DNA of 64,000 nucleotides. Origin: Pseudomonadota bacterium. Its GTDB lineage: Bacteria > Pseudomonadota > Gammaproteobacteria > Arenicellales > UBA868. The notes under the pieces were generated by a model. The model did no database searches. It was not told the origin of the DNA and was given only the letters and a program-made list of their open reading frames with translations. The stretch lies in assembly GCA_018672825.1 (NCBI GenBank), contig JABHUE010000096.1, forward strand, positions 28,890 to 92,889, in the 5' to 3' direction. Shown piece after piece: positions 1-8,059 of the stretch. The position numbers and the translations under genes were made by a program. Numbering within the stretch: position 1 is the first letter of the stretch; every line of letters begins with the position of its first letter.

Positions 1-30
1 ATTCCTCTTTGTTTCCTTATTTCCTTTATT

Positions 31-57
31 TTAGCACTCTTACACCACGAGTGCTAA
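31..57. promoter_or_regulatory. CIRCE element (HrcA operator) upstream of a minus-strand gene that starts just left of the window
   Basis: Exact TTAGCACTC-N9-GAGTGCTAA (ttagcactc ttacaccac gagtgctaa). A minus-strand SD-like GAGGA lies at 3-7. Confidence 0.93.
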
Positions 58-147
58 CATCGATTTCACTTTTTAATACTAAATAAATGTATTATTTTCA
101 GGTATTTAGTATTATGTTCGGAAATATTGCTTTCAGTTTCCAATATG

Positions 148-1086
148 CTAGTCCAAATCGCCAAGAAGCGCGGCTGCATAGTTCATGGGATCAAAAGCCT
201 GTAGATCCTGTAACCCCTCCCCTACCCCAATAAAGGGAATGGAAAGTTCGAGTTGATCTGCAAGAGCCACCACAATTCCGCCCCGTGCGGTACCGTCTAG
301 CTTAGTGACGCAAACACCGGTTAAATCGACTTCTGCCCCGAAAGCCTTTGCCTGGGATAACGCGTTTTGACCGGTACCGCCATCAACTACCAAAAAAGTC
401 TCGTGCGGAGCGGCGGCATCAATTCTCGACAGCACGCGCTTGATCTTTCCCAACTGTGTCATCAGTTCTGCATTGATGTGCTGTCTGCCTGCTGAATCGA
501 TAATCAGGACGTCGACGCCGCGCGCGCTCGCGGCCATAAAGGCGTCGTGCGCAACGGCTGCCGCGTCCGCACCATGAGATTGGGCGATAACCGGTACATC
601 TAGTTTGCCCCCCCAGAACTGGAGCTGCTCGATTGCTGCCGCTCTAAAAGTATCACATGCCGCGAGCATAACGGTGTGCCCCGAATCCTGGCACCAGGAT
701 GCCAGTTTTGCACTTGTCGTCGTTTTGCCGACACCATTTACGCCGACCATCAAAATAACATAGGGTCGTTGGGAATTGGCTTCAATGCTTATCGTCCGAC
801 GTGCATCACCTAATATAGTCGCGATCTCTTCAATGAGCGCGTGCCTTAATTCTTCGATATTATGGAATCCTTTACTTTTAGCGCGACGACGAATCGACTC
901 CACAGCCATCTTGCTCGCCGCTGCACCGAGATCGGCCATAATGAGTTGATCTTCCAGGTCCTCGAGTACGCTATCATCAAACTCAATGCCGTCCCCTTTA
1001 AAGATACTTGCTAATCCATTCGAGAGTGACGCGCGAGTCTTTTTAAGACGGGAAAAGAGCCCGTTACTTTTCTCAGTTTGATCCAT
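148..1086 (-). CDS. ftsY: SRP receptor FtsY (NG domain only, no long acidic A domain)
   Basis: GVNGVGKTTT, DTFRAAA, DSAGR and TKLDGTARGG SRP-GTPase motifs. Confidence 0.97.
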   Translation of the reverse strand: MDQTEKSNGLFSRLKKTRASLSNGLASIFKGDGIEFDDSVLEDLEDQLIMADLGAAASKMAVESIRRRAKSKGFHNIEELRHALIEEIATILGDARRTISIEANSQRPYVILMVGVNGVGKTTTSAKLASWCQDSGHTVMLAACDTFRAAAIEQLQFWGGKLDVPVIAQSHGADAAAVAHDAFMAASARGVDVLIIDSAGRQHINAELMTQLGKIKRVLSRIDAAAPHETFLVVDGGTGQNALSQAKAFGAEVDLTGVCVTKLDGTARGGIVVALADQLELSIPFIGVGEGLQDLQAFDPMNYAAALLGDLD

Positions 1087-1170
1087 TTTAGCCCGTTAAA
1101 TATAAAAGAATGCTAGTACGACGATTATCCTATCATTCGGTGTCAATTAAAAAGTGATACAGAATTTAGC

Positions 1171-1758
1171 GTGAATACTCCCCGAAACGAGCAGCATGGC
1201 AGAGTTCGAATTATTGGTGGTCAGTGGAAAAAGCGCATCATTCGGTTCCGCGGATCAAACGAGTTACGACCCACCCCTGATAGCGTTCGAGAGACCGTTT
1301 TCAACTGGCTGGCGCCGCATATTTTAGGCGCGCGCTGTCTTGATCTTTTCTCAGGCAGTGGCGCCTTAGGCTTTGAGGCCGCCTCACGAGGGGCCGCATC
1401 GGTCATCTTGGTAGAAAGCCAGTTCAAGACTTGGCGACAGCTTCAGGACGTAATAAACCTTTTAAATGCCAGTACCGTTGTCGCTGAGCACGCTGACGCG
1501 CTGGATTGGTTAACCCAATGCAGTAAACAATTTGACCTTGTTTTTGTAGATCCCCCATATTGCTCTGGCTTGGTCGATAAAGCCTTAGCCCGCCTGATCC
1601 GAACTAATTGCCTAAAAACTGATGCAACCATTTATATCGAATACCGAATTGATGAAAAACCGACTATCCCAATACACTGGGAATTGCTTCGACAGAAAAA
1701 AGCGGGACAGGTCTGCTATAGCCTTTACCGACACACAGAGTTGTTAATCAAAACCTAA
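1171..1758 (+). CDS. rsmD: 16S rRNA (guanine966-N2)-methyltransferase
   Basis: VRIIGGQWK, LRPTPDSVRETVFNWL, LDLFSGSGALGFEAASRGA, DPPY. ftsY-rsmD-coaD synteny. Confidence 0.95.
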   Translation: MNTPRNEQHGRVRIIGGQWKKRIIRFRGSNELRPTPDSVRETVFNWLAPHILGARCLDLFSGSGALGFEAASRGAASVILVESQFKTWRQLQDVINLLNASTVVAEHADALDWLTQCSKQFDLVFVDPPYCSGLVDKALARLIRTNCLKTDATIYIEYRIDEKPTIPIHWELLRQKKAGQVCYSLYRHTELLIKT

Positions 1759-1793
1759 ATGTCTCTATCCCGATGAGACGTGTTTCGGACAGT

Positions 1794-2354
1794 TTATTTC
1801 AAGTTCACTTTATGTTCATGATTGAAAACTCGCCGTAGCATGGGCTCAAAAAACTCTAACGACTCACTATTGAATTCTGGGTCAAAGCAGTTCTGATCGT
1901 ATTCTTCACAAAAACGAACGGCATCATCATACCAACGGTGATCTTTAAACTGATCCCGCGCATCACGATCACCCCCTAAGTGATGGGCGTAGTAATACAT
2001 TTGAAAAAGACCATGATATTTGATGATCCAATAAATCCGCTCGGAAACAAATGGGCGAAGAATTGAGGCCGCCATTTCACTGTGCGACAGTGGCGCGAGC
2101 ATATCGCCGATATCATGCACGAGGGCAGCAACAACCATCTCCTCATCCTCTTCCGCTCTATACGCTCGTGTCGCAGACTGCAGCGAGTGCTCAAGCCGAC
2201 TCACCTGATATCCCGAAAACGATTGATCGAGATTCCGAAGACTAGCGAGAATTCGGTCGGGCAAGCTCCGGACAAAATCATGTTCTTTCGCATCAAGAAG
2301 TTCATAGTCCTCTCGACTTCCGTCTGCCATATGGGTAAAACTGACGACTTCCAT
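1794..2354 (-). CDS. HD-domain metalloprotein (phosphohydrolase or PhnZ-like fold), function unknown
   Basis: RLEHSLQSAT...AALVHDIG...HSE...YHG...YDQ metal-ligand pattern. Confidence 0.8.
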   Translation of the reverse strand: MEVVSFTHMADGSREDYELLDAKEHDFVRSLPDRILASLRNLDQSFSGYQVSRLEHSLQSATRAYRAEEDEEMVVAALVHDIGDMLAPLSHSEMAASILRPFVSERIYWIIKYHGLFQMYYYAHHLGGDRDARDQFKDHRWYDDAVRFCEEYDQNCFDPEFNSESLEFFEPMLRRVFNHEHKVNLK

Positions 2355-2466
2355 TGCAAAACCTCATTCGATACGGTGGTTCGTAAAGTAAAAGTATGGA
2401 TGACTTTGATAACGATTGGTAGAGTAACGGTTAATCTTTCATTTTCCTGATTCTGGCAGCGCTGAT

Positions 2467-3870
<1,404 letters not shown>

Positions 3871-3874
<4 letters not shown>

Positions 3875-4467
3875 GGATCGACTGTCGCTTTTATTTTTCT
3901 AACGGAACGGGCTGGCGACAACTCCCAGATGTCAATCTCATCATTATCCTGCCTAAATCCATCCAGACAGGCTGCGCTAAAACAACCGGTCAATACAGCC
4001 TTGAATGCCATATTAGCGCCTTGATGACCGACTACTAACACATCTCCCGGAAACGCTTGAATCTCAGCAACAAGCGGTGTGAGCCGATCTGCCACATCTT
4101 TGAGACTCTCGCCCCCCGGTGGCGGCAATAAAAACCCTTCCGAGCGCCACTGATCATAAAAATCAGAATCTTCAGCCCGTAAATCGGCTTCAAACTTGCC
4201 TTCCCATTCACCTAAATCGAGCTCTGTCAGTCGGGCATCCACCTCAATATCTAAAGATAAAGTGGCGCCCAGAATCTGTGCAGTCGTCTTGGCTCTTGCG
4301 AGTGGCGAACAGATAAGTCTCTGTAGTTTACAAGGCGCGTCGCGCAGGTGATCAGCGAGGGCTTTCGCTTGTTTCTCTCCCATCGCATTGAGAGGAATAT
4401 CGCTCCTCGACTGCCATCGTCTCGCGAGATTCCAATTCGTCTGGCCGTGACGGGCAATTAATATCAT
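3871..4467 (-). CDS. Histidine phosphatase family protein (phosphoglycerate mutase/CobC-like)
   Basis: ARHGQT, SPLARAKTTA, ELDLGEWEG, PGGES, VGHQG. Confidence 0.88.
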
Positions 4468-4562
4468 CCGTTAATGTTACCTCCTATCCCCAACAAATTA
4501 AGGTCAGTTTCAGGACCGCTGTGACTGAAAACCTGATCCTTCGATAACATTAGTTTCGGCTA

Positions 4563-4591
4563 TTGACTTCACTCGTGTTCAGCGTTAGAGT
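4563..4591 (+). promoter_or_regulatory. sigma70-type promoter
   Basis: TTGACT (4563-4568) - 17 nt - TAGAGT (4586-4591). Predicted TSS about 4598. Confidence 0.65.
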
Positions 4592-4597
4592 CGCGAC

Positions 4598-4678
4598 AGA
4601 TTTGTGCAACGCACAATATCTTTTTTATCCTCCTCCTATATTTAATCCCGCTTTGGCAATCATTGCGGGATTTTTTTT
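4598..4678 (+). ncRNA. Candidate ~80-nt trans-acting sRNA with MmgR/suhB-like architecture
   Basis: Promoter, 5' hairpin ttgtgc-aac-gcacaa, anti-SD tract tcctcctcct (4628-4637), then an intrinsic terminator. No SD-led ORF. Confidence 0.55.
4644..4678 (+). terminator. Rho-independent terminator
   Basis: aatcccgc (4644-4651) / gcgggatt (4665-4672). An 8-T run at 4671-4678 follows the GC core. Confidence 0.8.
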
Positions 4679-4878
4679 GGCTTTAAAAACAGTAGATTAT
4701 TAATTAATAGATAGAGATTATGAATCTTTATCCATAAATAGATTGGCACTGACTATCGACACCAAACCATATTTTTTGCTCTGCAACATTTCTAGAATCA
4801 CTAAAAACACCAAACCCGAGCAGAAGATAAAATTGCGCCTTGCGACAAAGGCTTTTTAACACTATTCCCGGTTCCCTA

Positions 4879-5862
4879 ATGACTTTAGATGCTCAACCTG
4901 TTCTTTTTATATTTCCCGGCCAAGGCTCCCAGTATCCCGGCATGGGCAAAGACCTCTTCGACGCCTTCTCGAGCGTACGAGACATTTATACCGAGTCCAG
5001 TGATGTGCTCGGCTATGACATCGCGGCGCTCTCTTTCGACGACCCAAAAGATCAGATTCATCTCACGCGCTTTACCCAGCCGGTCTTACTCACACACTCA
5101 ATTGCATGCTTAAACCTCTTTCAAGAGCAACTCAGTACGCGAATCACTCCGCGAGCCGCCGCCGGTCATAGCCTTGGGGAATATGCTGCCCTCGTTGCCT
5201 CAGGCGCTCTCGATTTTGCGTCCGCACTGCGACTGGTAAATGAACGAGGTCGCCTAATGGGCGAGCTTGGTGAAGGTGAGATGGAAGCCCTGCCCCTTGA
5301 ATTTCAGGACGCCAAGATCATTGCGGAGAAACATTATTGTGCAGTCGCGGCTTGCAACCTTCCCGATCAAACAGTGGTTGGGGGTCGGGCTGCAGATCTG
5401 GACAGTCTTATTGAGGAATTTGGAATCCATTTTCCCGAAAAACGATCGGCCCGCCTTAAAACTGAGGGCGCGTTTCATACTTTTTATATGATCGAGACCG
5501 CAATGAAATTTAGATCAACCCTAGCAAACGCACCGCTACAAGCACCCTCTGTATCAGTATTGTCCAATGCGTCAGGTGCTTTTCATACCAAAGACCCGGA
5601 TGCTATTCGGGCGGCTCTGTTTATACAGCTCTTTAATCCTGTCCTTTGGAATGCCAATCTTAACCACGCAGTTGAAAACGGATGTCAGGCAATCATTGAG
5701 TTTGGCGGCGGCATTGGCAAAGGGCAGGGTCCCGCAGGAAAAAAACCCAATCTTGCGGGTATTGTTAAGAAAACATTCCGGCGGCATGATAATCCGCCGC
5801 AGTATTCAAGCGTAATAAACATCGACACTCTAGAAAAATCGATCACACTCTGCACAACGTAA
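4879..5862 (+). CDS. fabD: Malonyl-CoA:ACP transacylase (FabD-like acyltransferase), stand-alone
   Basis: FPGQGSQ, GHSLGE catalytic motif, RGRLM, GAFHT. ATG at 4879 preferred over the track start at 4840. Confidence 0.85.
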   Translation: MTLDAQPVLFIFPGQGSQYPGMGKDLFDAFSSVRDIYTESSDVLGYDIAALSFDDPKDQIHLTRFTQPVLLTHSIACLNLFQEQLSTRITPRAAAGHSLGEYAALVASGALDFASALRLVNERGRLMGELGEGEMEALPLEFQDAKIIAEKHYCAVAACNLPDQTVVGGRAADLDSLIEEFGIHFPEKRSARLKTEGAFHTFYMIETAMKFRSTLANAPLQAPSVSVLSNASGAFHTKDPDAIRAALFIQLFNPVLWNANLNHAVENGCQAIIEFGGGIGKGQGPAGKKPNLAGIVKKTFRRHDNPPQYSSVINIDTLEKSITLCTT

Positions 5863-5899
5863 CTTGACGCAGCTTCCTAGCAAAAAGATTTAAATTTTT

Positions 5900-6805
5900 T
5901 TGAATACGTTAGCGCTTTACGGCCTGACCGTCTTGATCTGGGGATCAAGTTGGTTTGCAATCCGCTATCAACTTGATTTTGTACCGCCTGAAGTGTCACT
6001 GTTCTACCGGTTTCTTCTCGCCTCTATCATTCTTATTGTTTGGTGTTTAGGACGAGGAATCTCATTAAAAATAAAAACACGACAGCATTTTTTTCTTGCA
6101 GCACAGGGATTTTGCATGTTCGGCTTGAACTATATTCTGTTCTACCATGCTGCATTTGATATAGCGAGCGGGCTTTTGGCCGTCGTATTTTCGATGATCA
6201 CCGGCATGAACATTATCAACGGGGCGGTGTTTCTCAAGCGCCCCATTCGAACCAAGACAGCCGTGGGTGCGGCGATCGGCCTATGCGGAATGGGTCTTGT
6301 TTTTTGGCCAGAAATCACGTCATCAGGTAAAGTGGCCGTGGGCGCACTTATCGTTAGCGTGGCGGCCACGTATTCCGCATCACTCGGTAATATTCTGTCT
6401 GCACGCAATCAAGCCAGTGGCATCTCGGTTACCGCGGGCAACGCCATCGGTATGACCTACGGTACCATTTTTCTATTCGTATATTGCATGTATTCGGGCT
6501 CCCCATTCGTCCTCGAGCCCAGTCTGAAATATCTCGGATCACTGATGTATCTGGCGTTCTTCGCCTCGGTTATTGCCTTCGGTTGCTACCTGACCCTCAT
6601 TGGTCGAATTGGCCCAGGCAACGCAGCGTATGCAACTGTTTTAGCACCTATCATTGCGCTCGCGTTATCGACAGGATTCGAGGGATACCAGTGGCAAGTG
6701 AGAGCAATAATTGGTGTTGGGTTCGTACTTATAGGAAACATTTTGGTTCTGGCCCCAAAACATGCTCTGATCAAGGCTGGCCTACGCCTCAAGTTAAAGA
6801 TCTAA
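5900..6805 (+). CDS. DMT/EamA family transporter
   Basis: About 10 TM segments in two EamA repeats (LIWGSSW..., FASVIAFGCYLTLIGRIG). Confidence 0.88.
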   Translation: MNTLALYGLTVLIWGSSWFAIRYQLDFVPPEVSLFYRFLLASIILIVWCLGRGISLKIKTRQHFFLAAQGFCMFGLNYILFYHAAFDIASGLLAVVFSMITGMNIINGAVFLKRPIRTKTAVGAAIGLCGMGLVFWPEITSSGKVAVGALIVSVAATYSASLGNILSARNQASGISVTAGNAIGMTYGTIFLFVYCMYSGSPFVLEPSLKYLGSLMYLAFFASVIAFGCYLTLIGRIGPGNAAYATVLAPIIALALSTGFEGYQWQVRAIIGVGFVLIGNILVLAPKHALIKAGLRLKLKI

Positions 6806-8001
6806 ACGGTTTTCTCTTGTCTGTCTTGGGCGCGACGAAATCCCAACCACGAAATCGCACCCAACGCCAATGCGATTGCCGGCAAGACCATCATGTTCAG
6901 CATTCTCCATCCTGCTAACTCATGAATAATCCCGGAAGTGATCGCGGTAAACGCTACTGTGGAAAAAATTATGAGATCATTCAAACCTTGGGTTTTTGCC
7001 TTTTCCGATGACGAATAACTTTCTGTCACCAAACTTGTGGCGCCCACGAAAAGAAAATTCCATCCAATTCCAACCAAAATCAGCGCAGCCACAAAATGAG
7101 GTACTGAGGTTCCGCTTATATTCACTGCAATGCTCGAAAAAAGAACTAACGCTCCAACTCCCATTACTCGAACCGTCCCATAACGGATGATCAGATTGCC
7201 GGTAAAAAAAGAGGGTGCGTACATAGCGAGCAAATGCCACTCAATCACGACCGCAGTGTCAGCAAATGAATGTCCACATCCTGCCATTGCCAACGGCGTG
7301 GAGGTCATCAGTAGATTCATCACCCCGTATGCAACCATTGCGCTGAAAATAGCCACCAGAAACTTAGGTTGACGCACTATCTCTCCGAGAGGTCTCTGAT
7401 GTCCATAGCGCTCAGATTTAGGAGGCGTTGGAATCTGAAGCCTTGAAGCCAGCGCAATAGACAAAGCGTATATAACAAGCAAACTTGCATAGCTCCCAAC
7501 AAATGGAAAACCAGCAATTAAATCACGATTAGCGCTCGCCAAGTTAGGTCCAATAAACGCTGCCAAGACTCCTCCTGCAAGCACCCAGGATATGGCCCGA
7601 CTCCGGTAGTCATCATTACTGATATCCGCAGCTGCAAATCGGTAGTAGTGACCCACGCCATTCAACATCCCGACCAGAAAAGAGCCTGTTGCAAACAACA
7701 GGAAGTTTTGATAAATGATTGCGACAATCGCGGTCAAAGCGCCAAGCAATCCGAACACTGGCCCCCACATGAATCCGCTACGCCGACCAATCCGTTTCAT
7801 CAGGATTGATGCCGGAAAAGTAGAAACAAGTGTGCCGATATAGAGGCACCCAATTGGCACAGTTGCCCACAACTTATTCTCAGCCAATGAGAGCCCTATC
7901 AGTGCAGACGTCGCAACAATCAGCGAACTGCCTGAGAGCATCAGCGCCTGGCAGGCAGACAGCAGTAAGACATTACGACGAAGTAACCCAGAAAAGGTCA
8001 C
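6802..8001 (-). CDS. MFS transporter
   Basis: 12-TM pattern, MKRIGRRSGF motif A, YYRFAAAD. GTG at 8001 with upstream AAGGGA preferred over 8094. Confidence 0.85.
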   Translation of the reverse strand: MTFSGLLRRNVLLLSACQALMLSGSSLIVATSALIGLSLAENKLWATVPIGCLYIGTLVSTFPASILMKRIGRRSGFMWGPVFGLLGALTAIVAIIYQNFLLFATGSFLVGMLNGVGHYYRFAAADISNDDYRSRAISWVLAGGVLAAFIGPNLASANRDLIAGFPFVGSYASLLVIYALSIALASRLQIPTPPKSERYGHQRPLGEIVRQPKFLVAIFSAMVAYGVMNLLMTSTPLAMAGCGHSFADTAVVIEWHLLAMYAPSFFTGNLIIRYGTVRVMGVGALVLFSSIAVNISGTSVPHFVAALILVGIGWNFLFVGATSLVTESYSSSEKAKTQGLNDLIIFSTVAFTAITSGIIHELAGWRMLNMMVLPAIALALGAISWLGFRRAQDRQEKTV

Positions 8002-8059
8002 ATATTTCCCCTTGTTTGAGCTTGAATTTGTTGTCAGATTCGGGAGGCAAACAGCGGAC

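Noticed and set aside
4744-4759. TGGCAC as a sigma54 promoter upstream of fabD
   Set aside because: The -12 position reads CG rather than GC and lacks TTGC.
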